Positions 43,615 to 56,582 of a DNA stretch of 64,000 nt are shown here, one piece after another. Within the stretch, counting starts at the first letter, position 1, and each line of letters opens with the position of its first letter. The DNA comes from Eledone cirrhosa. Taxonomy: Eukaryota. The DNA lies in assembly GCA_964016885.1 (NCBI GenBank), contig OZ024742.1, positions 60,512,001 through 60,576,000 of the forward strand. The letters run 5' to 3'. The position numbers and the translations under genes were made by a program. The notes under the pieces are model-generated. The model was given only the letters and a program-made list of their open reading frames with translations, did no database searches and was not told the origin of the DNA.

Positions 43615-44224
43615 TATGGTGGCTGCCAACTCGTTTTCGAGTACGGCCACTACTTTATAACCATGTAGGAGAACCCCTACCGATGCGCTGAACAAGTTTG
43701 ACTTTTTAGTCCAGCCAGTGACTTGAAAACTCTGGTACAAACACTACACTTGTGACAATTATTGACACATAGTGCTGGGCCCATGGTACCATGTGATGAC
43801 AAGTGCAGAGAGATCTCCTGATATAAAGCAATGCCTGTGCCGTGAAGCTTTTATAGTGAGAAAAGGCACTGCACAAAGCCAGTCCCACTCTCTTAACCAA
43901 GATGATATTTACCAAAAAGAAGAACAAGTCAACATCATTGGATACCATCAGGGTTGCAGGTGTTATATCAGAGTTTTCCTTCTCCTAGAATTCTGCCTTG
44001 ACAAAGGCTAAGGGGTCATCTCTCCCGGTGATTTTGGATGGCAATGACTCTTAAGAGCTCCTTTGCCCTTTGACAGGTTTTGTTTTTAGTCCTGCAGGAT
44101 GTCCAAAGTCACCCTTCTCGCCAAGAAACCTTCGTGGGGTTGCCAGTTTAGTCGCCAACGACCCGACCATGGGACAGGTTGTACTGGGATGCATGTTACC
44201 AGTAGCGCCAACTGGTGACCTGAC
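43615..44224 (-). mobile_element. 5' fragment of a non-LTR retrotransposon: structured leader plus N-terminal C2H2 finger
   Basis: Second copy at 52795-53256 in opposite orientation. Minus reads [22 protein letters not shown]. Flanked by TA tracts. Confidence 0.55.
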
Positions 44225-44378
44225 ATATATATATATACATACATATATCGATATTTCTTAATGAAGATATAATCGAAATCATTGATATTATATTTCTAGT
44301 CGGTCAAGTTGCGTAGCAATGTAGCCACACAATATCAGAAATTAATTAAAAAATTAGTCATATAGAAGTGATACACAT

Positions 44379-44452
<74 letters not shown>

Positions 44453-45189
44453 GAACACACACACACACACACACACACATACGCATATATATATTTACAC
44501 TCAGAAACATCATATTCATACACTAATCCACGCTCACACACATATAAAACACATTCTGAGTCACGATTTTTGTAAACACTTGGACATTTATATATATTTT
44601 AATTCAATATTTCACGTCAGAAGATAACATATACTTTCTACAAATAAACAAAACATAACGTTAAACAAAGCACGTACAGCATTGTGGATTATTGTCAAGA
44701 ACCTACTTGAATGTTAATGAAAATTACTATAGCTCAAACATTTAAAAATTATAACAGACAACACATTTTATATAAATGTTTTCGATTGTAAATAGTTGGT
44801 ACATAGAGTCATGTGTCATAACATCATTTTCAGCAATTTTTATCCTGTCATCAAATATTTTAGAAGCGGCCTTTACTCGCCTCATCGTAGCTACATCACT
44901 GGGTTGTGAGACTTTTCTTGGGCGATACAGATGTCACACATTGCTCCACCTCCCCTCATCTCTTCTCGCTTTGTTCATAGATTTGTTTTTTTTTTCTATT
45001 TTCTTGCTTCCTTCTCTTTTTCCCATCCTTTTTATCCCCCTCTTTCTATTAACAAATATTCTAACACATAGTTTTATCGCTCTGCATGGCTGAATACAAG
45101 AACAAGAATGACGAGGTCATTCTCCTCACATGGCTTAAGAGGATGTTTGCATAATTGCAAATCAATCGAATATTATTATATTCGAGGGC

Positions 45190-45375
45190 GGAGGATTAGC
45201 AGTATCAGTAGAGGACTGAACGCCATATTGTTTAGCATAGGGTTACATCCATTTACCGTCTGAGTTCAAATCCTACCGGGGTTAACTTTGCCTTTCATCC
45301 TTACGGGGTCGATAAAATAAAATACCAGTAATGCACTGGGTTAATTGCTGTCCCTGTGCCAAATATAGAAATAAT
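45190..45375 (+). mobile_element. tRNA-derived SINE
   Basis: B box gagttcaaatcc and Meta-like core present. Confidence 0.85.
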
Positions 45376-46404
45376 TAAAACCTATTTGTTAGTTATTTGA
45401 CTATGGCAAAACCGACCATTAATTCCTCGTATACATAAATCTAACTGTCCTATCTTCTGATATGCAAATCTGGCTGATCAGTGGGTTTCCTAATACAGAT
45501 CTGACTGATCAGGCATTCTTGTAACATGCAAATCAGGCAGATCAGTCACTGTATATTCCAGAAAATATCATATATTTTCACAAGCTCTGACAGTTGGCAG
45601 GTAAACAGTATTCGGTACAGATGAAGGGTAACAACCCAGAAACATTAGTGTCTACCGTTCTGTTTATATGCCAACACGAGAATAAGAATGATGAGGTCAT
45701 TCTACTTTACATGGCTTAAGAGGCTGTTTGCATAATTACAATATATTTTAATAGATAAGTATTACATAAAAGATGACAGCTTTATAGACATCATTGACAC
45801 AGTCTCGGATTCTCATTATCTGAAGTAGATTAAGTGGCATGTCAGAGCTAATCATGAGATTTATTTTAATCAACTACTGAGCCATGTATCTATAACTTTA
45901 ATAACTTCCATAAGCCTGGCAGATCTTGTTGGGGTTCCAGCCGGATCAATTTCGGCACCTTTCAATTAGTTTTGTATTTTTATTTAATTTATTGACTGAA
46001 CTATTTAATAATTAATTGATAGATTATTACCGTTATGCTTTAAATTTATCTGCTATAATTTTTTATTGGTTCTCAGGATTTCCATATTTGGGTTTATTAA
46101 GTAACCCGGTTGGTAAGTTTCTCTACGTATATTTCGAACATTATATAGGTCGTGTAATTCAATTTAATATGACATACTTCATGTTTTAACTCGTATCATT
46201 CGGTGCTATCGCTTTGACAAACTGTCTCCGAATGGCTCAAACTCGACAATGTGGGTCGGTAGGCGCGAAAAAGGAGGGTGGAGTTTGCTTAGTTTGCCAC
46301 GTCATTAATCAGAACCAACAATCTTCCGCTTAGACAAGCCAGGGGTACTAAGCATGTCGGTAATGAATTTAAAGGAGATAGCTGCTATGAAATTATGATG
46401 GATA

Positions 46405-46590
46405 ATAATTGTTTCTACTTTAGGCACAAGGCCAGCAATTACCCAGCACATTACTGGTACTTTATTTTATCGACCCCGTAAGGATGAAAGGGAAAGTTAA
46501 CCTCGGTGGGATTTGAACTCAGATCATAAAGGGACGTAACTCTATGCTAGAATGCATGACGTCCAACCTTCTACCGATACTGCCAATCAA
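46405..46590 (-). mobile_element. tRNA-derived SINE
   Basis: Full-length reverse-complement copy. tgatggataataat occurs on both flanks (possible TSD). Confidence 0.85.
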
Positions 46591-47142
46591 CTACCCTTGA
46601 TGGATAATAATAATCAGAAATTAGCAGTAAATGGTACAGTAAATGAATTACGAAAAATGAATTAAGAAATATAAATTAAAAATAATTTATAAACATAGAC
46701 ATGTGAAAGGTCAACTTTATTTAACCTTTCATCAATTAATGATTTACTTTTAATTAATCACTTTCATTACAATTATAATTACCCACTTATATATTTCACA
46801 ACTCTTTATAATCTTTATAATTAAAAAAAAACATATGTTTCTTAATTCATTTTTCTTAATTTATTTACTGCAACATTCACCTCTAGTTTCACATTTTTAT
46901 AATAATTGATACTTTTATAGCACTAAACTTCTTGAAATTTTTCACCGTCACGCTACGCAGATTTTCGGTATGAGTCAGTTGCCACAATGTTTAGAAAACA
47001 TGACCTGACTCCTCTCAGTAGCAGATTTGTGCTTCTGATTAATGGCACGACATTATCTGAAAACATCAGAATCTCTGTCGCCACGAAGCAGCCTCCAATC
47101 TCCTTGGTCAGTTTACCCACTCACAATGTCTAGCGTCACTAA

Positions 47143-47190
<48 letters not shown>

Positions 47191-47461
47191 ATAATATTCG
47201 AAAAACTCAGATTTACATTTCTTTTAATCAGCCATATAGAACGATAAACCTACTTAACAGTTATTTGACTATGGCAAATCCGGCCATTAATCGCTCGTAT
47301 ACATAAATCTAACTGTCCTATCTTCTGATATACAAATCTGGCTGATCAGTGGGTTTCCTAATATGCAGATCTGACTGATCAGACAGTCTCGTAACATGCA
47401 AATCAGGCAGATCAGTCACTGTAATTCCAAAAAATATGATATATGTTAATATATATATATA

Positions 47462-47529
<68 letters not shown>

Positions 47530-47531
<2 letters not shown>

Positions 47532-49140
47532 CACAAACTCATCACAACATCACAACCACAAGCGCATACAAACGCGCAGCAGCAAAACCCCATTGGGCAT
47601 ATATCACAACCCACTTATAACAGGGTACTAAATAGGGATGTAAAAGCTGCACAAAATAGCGCCTCAAACTGCAACTGTCACCTCCCAGATAGGTGCCCAT
47701 TGGCGAACAGATGTCTCGATTCGAGCCTGGTGTACATGTGCACTATCATCTCGGGCAACTCCACCTGGAATTACATAGGATCCACCGCGGGTTCTTTTAA
47801 GAAAAGATGGTATGTGCACAGGCACTCAATGAAAGACCGAGCACTTATGGGTTCCACCACCCTCGCCAGAAAAATATGGGAATTGAAGGACAGCAACACT
47901 AGCTACACTATCAACTGGTCGAAGTTGTCGGCTGCTAAAACCTATAGTACAGGGATGTCCTATTGCGGGCTGTGTGATCTTGAGCTATTGTATATCCTTA
48001 GAAATGTTAAAAGGCTACTTAATAAAAAGTTAGAAAGATCTATCTTCTGCAGACATAGAATAGCCACTAAATTCATAAGATTCAAACCTCCGTGAATCGA
48101 ACCAACATAACATAGCTTTAAATTAGGATACCTACTACCCACAGAAATATATTCATTAAGTATACTATTTCCTTCACAAGTCTATACCACACAATTGTCT
48201 GTAAATACCTCATCTACCAACAATCTTACTCCTTCTCAGCTGCTGCAATCATTTGATCCTAGATCCTAGTTTTTCTCATTTCACTACTACAATGTTACTT
48301 TACCTTCTTTTTGCCATAATTACAATTAGCACGCTTTTCTCTTTGCATGTATGTATATTTTTGTACGAGTGTATATTGATGTGTATGTATGTGTCTATGT
48401 ACACATATATGTGTATATATATTTATATATATATGTGTGTGTGTGTGTGCGTAGATATATGCGTATATTGATTCGTTAACCTCTGTATTAACTCTACAAC
48501 TATTGAGCTTTGACAGTGGTCCCACTCATGTATACTGTTGAAGATGAAGAGAAAGACTGTAAAAACTAGCTTAACTTTATAATTTAAAATTGATACACAC
48601 TACGATACTTTTTGCCTTATGACAGCTGGTTTTCACGCCGTAACATTAGATACATTATATACCCCCCACCTAAGTAATGTCAGGGTCTCCTTAAATAGTT
48701 TATTGATAGCATTGTTGTAATAATTGTTGTTGTTATTGTTCTAATTGAATGCCATAACTACTCCATATTTTCTTTTCTTTTCTTGCCTGTGTATTTTCTT
48801 CATTCTCGCATGCTCCGAAGATCTGACTGGTTATAATTCTGTATTGGCGATCGAGTGACGCAAAATTAGGCGGATAGCGATCTCTAGACATACCAGTTCA
48901 GTGAAACAAATGTAAGCTATGTGATTAAAAACTTTTTTGTATAGCAAACCATGTAAACCTTCTTTCCTGATTTATTATTACTCCAAGTGTTTACAACATA
49001 GGAATTACAGCATACCCGCAGCATCACAATGAAAACGCCTTGTTGAGTCAAACCAAGCCAAGCGTTAATATCATCCACTACCTGGAATACCATAACTGGA
49101 CTTCACCTAAGTGGACTGCATTTAACTATTATTTGTTAAT
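47530..49140 (+). mobile_element. PLE 3' fragment (Hydra-like GIY-YIG plus tail) inserted in (TA)n
   Basis: NCNCHLPDRCPLANRCLDSSLVYMCTI..NYIGSTAGSFKKRWYVH..LARKIWELKD..YCGLCDLE..CRH; stop at 48095. Confidence 0.9.
48812..48917 (+). ncRNA. Variant hammerhead (CCGAAGA core, long stem II)
   Basis: gct-CCGAAGA-t ctg actggt..accagt t cag t-GAAAC AAAT GTA-agc. Confidence 0.6.
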
Positions 49141-49151
49141 CCGTATATTTG

Positions 49152-49182
<31 letters not shown>

Positions 49183-49197
49183 ATTTATATATATATA

Positions 49198-49258
<61 letters not shown>

Positions 49259-49352
49259 ATTTGTATATATATATATATTTGTATATATATATATATTTGT
49301 ATATATATATATATATATTTGTAATATATACAAATATATATATATATATATT

Positions 49353-49387
<35 letters not shown>

Positions 49388-49410
49388 ATATATATATATA
49401 TATATATATT

Positions 49411-49501
<91 letters not shown>

Positions 49502-49532
49502 CATATATATATATGTATATATCTATCTATCT

Positions 49533-50122
49533 AAGGCGGGTAAAATTCCCGAGATCCATGGACGAGTTCTCTCCAGCGGTCTCTGTCCCTCATTATCGCT
49601 GCCATATCCTGCATCTCCAACAGACCAGTGTCTGTCCTTAGGGCATCAACATATGTTAACCTTGGTCTTCCTCTTCTAGTGTGTCCATGTAGGGGCTCCC
49701 AAAGGAGCACTGAGTGCAATGTCAACTCTGGATGTCGGTGAGCATGTCCAGCCAACCTCAGTCTCCTCTGTGTCGATGAGTGTGGGGCTGAGAATGAATG
49801 AGACTAAAACAAAATATCTGGTAGAGAATGTTGAGAAGCCAGAGGGGATCACTAATGTAGGCGGGAAGCCGCTGGAATTGGTTGAGGACTTCCTGTATTT
49901 GGGAGCAAAGATTGGGAATACGGAGGATGATGTGGTTGAGAGGAAGAGCAAGGCCTGGGCGGCGTGTCACAGCTTGAGATCGGTGTGGAAGTCGGACCTT
50001 CGTAGAGACCTGAAAATCCGCCTCTTCATTGCTGTAGTGGAGTCTGTGCTGCTGTATGGGTCTGAGACTTGGACACTGACCAAGAGACTCACTCAGATGG
50101 TGGATGGGTGCTACACGAGAAT
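49533..50122. mobile_element. RTE-like LINE 3' fragment with internal inversion
   Basis: 49533 to about 49755 minus: [27 protein letters not shown] (3' end). About 49760-50120 plus: [37 protein letters not shown] (upstream part). Confidence 0.85.
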
Positions 50123-50275
50123 ATGTATATATGCATATATATATATGTACATATATATATATATATTTATATATATATATATTTGTATATATATACATTT
50201 ATATATGTATATATATTTGTATATATATATATATATTTGTATATATATATATATATTTGTATATATATATATATA

Positions 50276-50412
50276 TAGAAGTGGTTACACAACAGTTAGT
50301 TCACTATAGCGAGAACAATTGTTTCACCTTAGCGGATCCTCGAGCTGAGGTTCCGCTAAGGTGAAACAATTGTTCTCGGTATGGTTAACTCACTGTTGTG
50401 TAACTACTTCTA
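50276..50412. repeat. Near-perfect palindrome made of two PLE tail halves joined at the hammerhead core
   Basis: tagaagtggttacacaacag..ccttagcggatcctc gagct gaggttccgctaagg..ctgttgtgtaactacttcta. Same family as 36603-36688. Confidence 0.9.
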
Positions 50413-50492
50413 CCTAACTCGTCCCATGGACTGAGTGCTCTACCACTACGTATATTACCTTCCAGTGTTCTACCACTATATATATATACACA

Positions 50493-50815
50493 CAATGATG
50501 TTAAATAAATGGAAACTATATTTATAAAACCATATTTATTTTATTAGATATATTTCAAGGGCAACCAAAACGACATTGGTACGCTTTCATCAGATAAAAT
50601 ACAAAGTTTTTTTATAAATAGAGGCGAAATTTCCACTATTCAGTGAATTTCCAACCGATAATGTATGATTGTCATGGGAACGTCTCTTTTTATAAAACAA
50701 ACTTTGTATTTCATCTGATGAAAGCGTACCAATGTCGTCTTGGTTGCCCTTGAAATACATATAATAAAATAAATATGGTTTTATAAATATAGTTTCCATT
50801 TATTTAACATCATTG
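50493..50815. repeat. Inverted repeat (about 135-bp arms) of a PLE tail carrying two divergent hammerheads (50538-50600 minus; 50708-50770 plus)
   Basis: Both arms read ATTT(T/C)AT-CTGATGA-aagcgtaccaa..ttggttgccctt-GAAA..TA-ATAAAAT. Confidence 0.9.
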
Positions 50816-50909
50816 AATATTTACTCCAGTAATTTGTTGAGTGTTCTAAATCAGTTATAAACATTTATGTTTGTCGGACTTCCAACAAATTAAATACAAC
50901 TCCTACTTA

Positions 50910-50940
<31 letters not shown>

Positions 50941-50943
<3 letters not shown>

Positions 50944-51272
50944 TAAAAGCTATGAAATAAAAAATCAAGTCATTAGAGATATACTTCACTGCCTTACGAT
51001 CGTTTCTAGATGATGATAATACATTGTAGCTATACTCCGTTATTTATCTATGTAAGGTTAGTTACAAAATATCAGATAAAGAGAATATTTACTTACATGC
51101 ATATCAACAGCTGTTTTCAAAAGCAATTGCTCTTTATCTGATATTTTGTAACTAACCTTACATAGATAAATAACGGAGTATAGCTACAATGTATTATCAT
51201 CATCTAGAAACGATCGTAAAGCAGTGAAGTATATCTCTAATGACTTGATTTTTTATTTTATTGTTTTAACTT
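50941..51272. repeat. Inverted repeat, about 143-bp arms, 46-bp spacer
   Basis: 50941-51083 is the reverse complement of 51130-51272. Contains a GAAAC GATC GTA half-hammerhead motif. Confidence 0.9.
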
Positions 51273-51400
51273 ATATCTTGACTGTTTTCCTTTTAATGTG
51301 TTATTGTTTTCCGACATTTATCTTAACCTACAACATTTTCAACATATGGATTACATCGAGTTCTTCATGCAGAATAGACCCCACAATTTACTGTGGATAC

Positions 51401-51448
<48 letters not shown>

Positions 51449-51452
51449 TTGT

Positions 51453-51513
<61 letters not shown>

Positions 51514-51699
51514 TTTGACGGGGTGGTATTAGTACTCTATAAGCCTACGCCCCTTTACCAGATGGACACAAGTAGGCTTAATACTCACCACTTGAGGGCG
51601 GCCGACCGGGGTAGAACCTGCTAAATGTTCGGTCGCCCTCATGTCTCTGATGTTCAGTCCCATGGATTTTCTCTATTATATTCCTTTGTTATATTTCGA

Positions 51700-51757
51700 A
51701 TACCTGATGATGTCACCGGATTCATACTGAACCCATTCATTGAAATGATCATAGTAT
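51700..51757 (+). ncRNA. Hammerhead with degenerate stem II in solo PLE tail (about 51515-51810)
   Basis: atac-CTGATGA-..gg a ttca tac tgaa c cc..-GAA ATGATCAT A-gtat. Confidence 0.65.
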
Positions 51758-51807
51758 AATAAACCTTTTAAGGAATTACACCAGTCCAACCTCCTGTTAT
51801 TTTATTT

Positions 51808-51841
<34 letters not shown>

Positions 51842-52145
51842 ACTCTATATATATGTGTATATATAGTGACGAAGCTTTGCGAATAGAATGGGCACAGCCT
51901 CGGTCACTTACTCAATAATCAATTAAGTTTGTATTATTAAAAGTCTAACCCAACTGCTTAGAGTGAACACATACGTAAATTAGTGAGATAGACGGCTTCG
52001 TGTGGGTAAGATAATTGAGATACCCGGACCGACGCATCTGTTTCTACGGTTCTGATCTAGTAGCAGCGTTCCAAGTGGAACAACCTTGTAGAGAATCTTA
52101 GGTAATATTAGTACACATTACGTAATTTGGCGTGGTTCAGTGTTG

Positions 52146-52800
52146 TCAGCGAAAATCGCCACCCTATGATGGACAGATCCATACAGCGTGTTGTTTAAAT
52201 GCGAATGTGGAAGATTTCAACTTGTATTGACACATGACGTCACATCAAAGAGAAGATAAGCCAGGCCCAAACATTTACAGGGAACACACGCTGGCAATTG
52301 ATTCAAATTGAAAATATATGACCATGCCAAAAGCATTCTACCAGAGTGCTTTTAAATAGAAAACAAAGACAGTGTAGCAAAAAAATAAATAGATTGCACA
52401 ACAAAGTTCAACTTGCAATTTAAATGCAGTAAAGTCCCCTGAGAGTTAAAATAATTAAAAGACGAAGTTTATCAAATAGTAAGGACACAGTCTAAGTCGT
52501 TTCCTCCCTCACTCAAGAATCAACTAAGTTCGAATTATTAAGATTCGAACCCAACTGGTTAGAGTAAGTATTATGTATTATTACATATATATATATATAT
52601 ATATATATATAAATGTAATACATAATACTTACTCAATTTGAATCAATTGCCAACGTGTGTTCCCTGTAAATGTTTGGGCCTGGCTTATCTTCTCTTTGAT
52701 GTGACGTCATGTGTCAATAGAAGTTGAATGCTTCCACATTCGCATGCAAACAACACGCTGTATGGATATTTCCATAACAGGGTGGCGACTTCTGCTGTCA
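52146..52800. repeat. Inverted repeat, about 165-bp arms (52146-52310 / 52634-52800)
   Basis: catacagcgtgttgttt..ggcaattgattcaaattga versus tcaatttgaatcaattgcc..aacaacacgctgtatgg. Confidence 0.85.
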
Positions 52801-53256
52801 AAGGGCAAAGGAGCTCTTAGGAGTCAATGGCCATCCAAAATCACCGGGAGAGATGACACCTTAGCCTTTGTCAAGGCAGAATTCTAGGAGAAGGAAAACT
52901 CTGATATAACAGCTGCAACCCTGATGGTATCCAATGATGTTGACTTGTTCTTCTTTTTGGTAAATATCATCTTGGTTAAGAGAGTGGGACTGGCTTTGTA
53001 GAGTGCCTTGGCTCACTATAAAAACTTCACGGCACAGACATTGCTTTATATCTGGAGATCTCTCTGCACTTGTCATCACATGGTACCATGGGCCCAGCAC
53101 TATGTGTCAATAAGTTTCACAAGTGTAGTGTTTGTACTAGAGTTTTCAAGTCGCTGGCTGGAGTAAAAAGTCACACTCGTTCAGCGCATCGGTAGGGGTT
53201 CTCCTACATGGATATAAAGTAGGGGCCGTACTCGAAAACGAGTTGGCAGCGACCAT
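52795..53256 (+). mobile_element. Second copy of the non-LTR 5' fragment, with intact C2H2 finger codons (53124-53189)
   Basis: [22 protein letters not shown] fits C-x2-C-x12-H-x4-H. Homologous to 43615-44075. Confidence 0.6.
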
Positions 53257-53291
53257 GTATATATATATTATATTATATTATATTATATTAT

Positions 53292-53472
53292 AGGGCGGTA
53301 TTGGTAGAGGATCGAACGCCATGCTTTGCAGCAAAGAGTTACGTCCCTTTATGGTCTGAGTTCAAATCCCGCCGAGGTGAACTTTGCCTTTCATCTTTAC
53401 GGGGTCGGTAAAATAAAGCACCAGTAATACACTGGGATAATTGGTGGCCTTGTGCCAAGTATAGAAACAATT
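53292..53472 (+). mobile_element. tRNA-derived SINE
   Basis: gagttcaaatcccgccgaggtgaactttgcctttcatc..; TTATA repeats at the flanks. Confidence 0.85.
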
Positions 53473-53524
53473 ATATTATATTATATTATATATATATAGA
53501 TATATATATAGATATATATATATA

Positions 53525-53656
<132 letters not shown>

Positions 53657-53659
53657 CGA

Positions 53660-54278
53660 GATCTATCCGGCCTCACACTTCATTGATGAGCTTCAGGGGC
53701 TTGGAATAATCTGCAAAGATTATTATGCTGCTGTACCTGATGACTTCTGTTACGTCATTGGTATAGATAATGAGAAGTCGGCCCAACACTGTCTTGTGGG
53801 ACGCCCCTACTGAGTTTGGCTGGGCTTCATTGTATTTCTTCGACTAAATCATTTTGGGCTCTGTTTGCCAGTAATCACTTGATCCATTGCAGTAATTACC
53901 TAGAAACACCAGTGTTCGACAGATTTTCAGTAGGATGTTGTCATCAGCCCTGTGCCATTCTTTGCTGATATCAAGATATATGATATCAGTTTTGAGGCCT
54001 TCTCCCAAAGCTCTTAAAATGTCGTCAAAATAATGAAGGAGCTGCGTGAGGTTCCATTTCGGAACCTATGTTGTTTGGAGTTCAGCAGATTGCTGCTTTC
54101 AAGAAAACGAGTCATTCGTAATTTCACTACTCTCTATTTCATTACCATGTAATGATATGAAAGGTGAGTGAGATGGGACAGTAATTCAGTGCAAGGGACA
54201 TGTTTTCCTCTTTGAAAACCGGGAAAACAGACTGGGACAGAAAGTTTCCAGACATAAAGCCAGCAACTCATGAGTTCC

Positions 54279-54280
<2 letters not shown>
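53660..54280 (-). mobile_element. Decayed CR1/L2/Jockey-group LINE RT fragment
   Basis: Minus remnants LKTDIIYLDISK, VPQDSV-GP, IIFADYS. Confidence 0.65.
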
Positions 54281-54361
<81 letters not shown>

Positions 54362-54423
54362 ATGTATATATGTATGTATATATGTATGTCGTATCTATTT
54401 ATTTATAAGACTGTTTATATTGT

Positions 54424-54487
54424 ATTTTGTCTGAAGAAGGCATAACATATTGTTAATATGATATCCCTGAAATATATATAATGAAAT
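54424..54487 (+). ncRNA. Type I hammerhead ribozyme in solo PLE tail
   Basis: ATTTTGT-CTGAAGA-agg c ata a catatt gtt aatatg a tat c cct-GAAA TATATA TA-ATGAAAT. Tail as at 14990 and 50770. Confidence 0.85.
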
Positions 54488-54549
54488 AAATATGGTGTTA
54501 TAAATATAGTTTCCATTTATTTAATATCATATATATAAATATATATATA

Positions 54550-54700
<151 letters not shown>

Positions 54701-54749
54701 TTGTGTATGTATATATGTATGTATATTATTTGAAAAAGCTATTACAATA

Positions 54750-55145
54750 TGTCTAGATGGCATGACCATCTTCCCGTTCCGCGGTGGCAAACCCCTCGTC
54801 TGGGATGCCACTTGTACCGACACTTTCTGCAGCCGCAACCTGGTGCAGTCTGCGCCTGACCCAGGCTCTGCTACACGTCGGGCTGAGGGGCCAATCTCCT
54901 CAAATACCGGTCGCTCTCCGACTGGTTTTTCGGTCGTACCCCTGGTAATGGAGATTTCTGGTGCCCTCGGCCCCAGGGCTACCTCCTTATTCACCACAAT
55001 TGGCGCTGAGCTGGCCAGTCGCAGGTGCGAGCCCCGCGAGTTGGAGTGGCTTTTCCAGCGCCTCTCCCTTGCCGTCCTCCGGGGAAATGCCTTCTCCATT
55101 CTGTCCGCCGGGTCTGTGGGTGGGCTCCATCGTGTACCATTGTAG
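54750..55145 (+). mobile_element. CRE-clade non-LTR retrotransposon 3' fragment (restriction-like endonuclease)
   Basis: [57 protein letters not shown]-rich island. Confidence 0.85.
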
Positions 55146-55894
55146 TTGTTGTAGAAGAAACAAGAAGACAACAACTGGAATGCTATATATTATTGCTAAG
55201 TATATTCATGTGTATATATAATTTACACACACACAAACTTCAGAACATTTATCGTTGTATATCCGTTGTAGTTTTCATCTCATGAAATTGAACACTAGCA
55301 ATTTTAGCCGAAATTCTAGTGCTTCAATAATTAGATAATAAAAAGTGAGATTGTGGGCTCTTTCATTATTTCTCATTTCAGATTAAATCACTGATAAAAA
55401 GAAACATAATAGTTTTAAGTAAACAAGATAAACCATTAAGTAGAATGTGCTTGGGGCATTTTTGTTTTGGGCTATATTAGATTTCCCTTTATTTTTATGC
55501 ATCATTGAAACATCGAGTGAGAACGGATCTTTCATTGATTTAACACACAGTTTTCCTGTATGTCATACTATTTCATTTTACTTAGAAATATAATCCGTGT
55601 TTAATCAGCAAAAGGCACAGCATGGGAATTCGTGGGAGGAAAGTGAAGATGTATGATTATACCCCGTCTTCTACATGCTGGTAATTTTAAGATCCCGTGA
55701 ATGCATATATATCAGCTTGAGCAAATCTTTTCATATATATTTGTATAAGTCCTCAATTAGCTGGTTCAATAGCCACTCATTATTTGTCATGCAAATCATA
55801 TCATATAGCCATCTATTTTAGAATGTTAGAATGCAATTGCTAATGGTTTTGTTTTAATTCACGTCCAATAATTATTCAAAAGTCATATATATAT

Positions 55895-55957
55895 ATCTCG
55901 GAAGTTGTTTTTCGCTAATTTCCAATAGCCGAAATGCGATTCTCGCTAATCTATATT

Positions 55958-56001
<44 letters not shown>

Positions 56002-56064
56002 AATATAAATTTGCGAGAATCGCATTTCGGCTATTGGAAATTAGCGAAAAACAACTTCCGAGAT
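55895..56064. repeat. Inverted duplication (about 65-bp arms) around a (TA)n loop
   Basis: atctcggaagttg..ctatatttg (TA)n caaatataaa..caacttccgagat. Confidence 0.9.
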
Positions 56065-56441
56065 GTGTGGCAAGCGCTCCATAGAAACGAGTGAACTAGA
56101 GCAACTACATACATTAAAAGGCCAAACACACTGAGACGATAGTTAAACCATTAACCGCAGAGCCATAGAAGCGACCAAGCTATTCGGTTCAAACAAATAA
56201 TAAAATATGATTTTAAATTATACCCGGACCACTGGAAACGGTGGTAAAATCCAATATGGGGTTTCTGCAACTCCTAAATCAGGTACTGTCTGCTTAAACA
56301 AATAATGTTAAGCTTCTGGTATGTTGATCGAACAAGGAAGTCACTTTTTCAACAGGCATTTAGTTCTATGCAAAGCTAAGGAACTGACCGTTATCTGAAC
56401 CCACGTGGGGCGGGGGGGGGGTCAGTATATACATACATATA

Positions 56442-56479
<38 letters not shown>

Positions 56480-56582
56480 AGTATTGAAAATTCCGTTGGA
56501 AACAGAAAAGGTCATAGAAATGAAGAGTGCTCTATGTAAGTATCAGAGCAAAATTTAATGTATAAAAATCAATACAATATAA

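Noticed and set aside
43772-44011. Duplicated 79-aa ORF MLGPWYH.. (also 52861-53100) as a conserved small gene
   Set aside because: It is the antisense frame of a repeated element whose opposite strand encodes a C2H2 finger. Conservation is explained by repeat identity.
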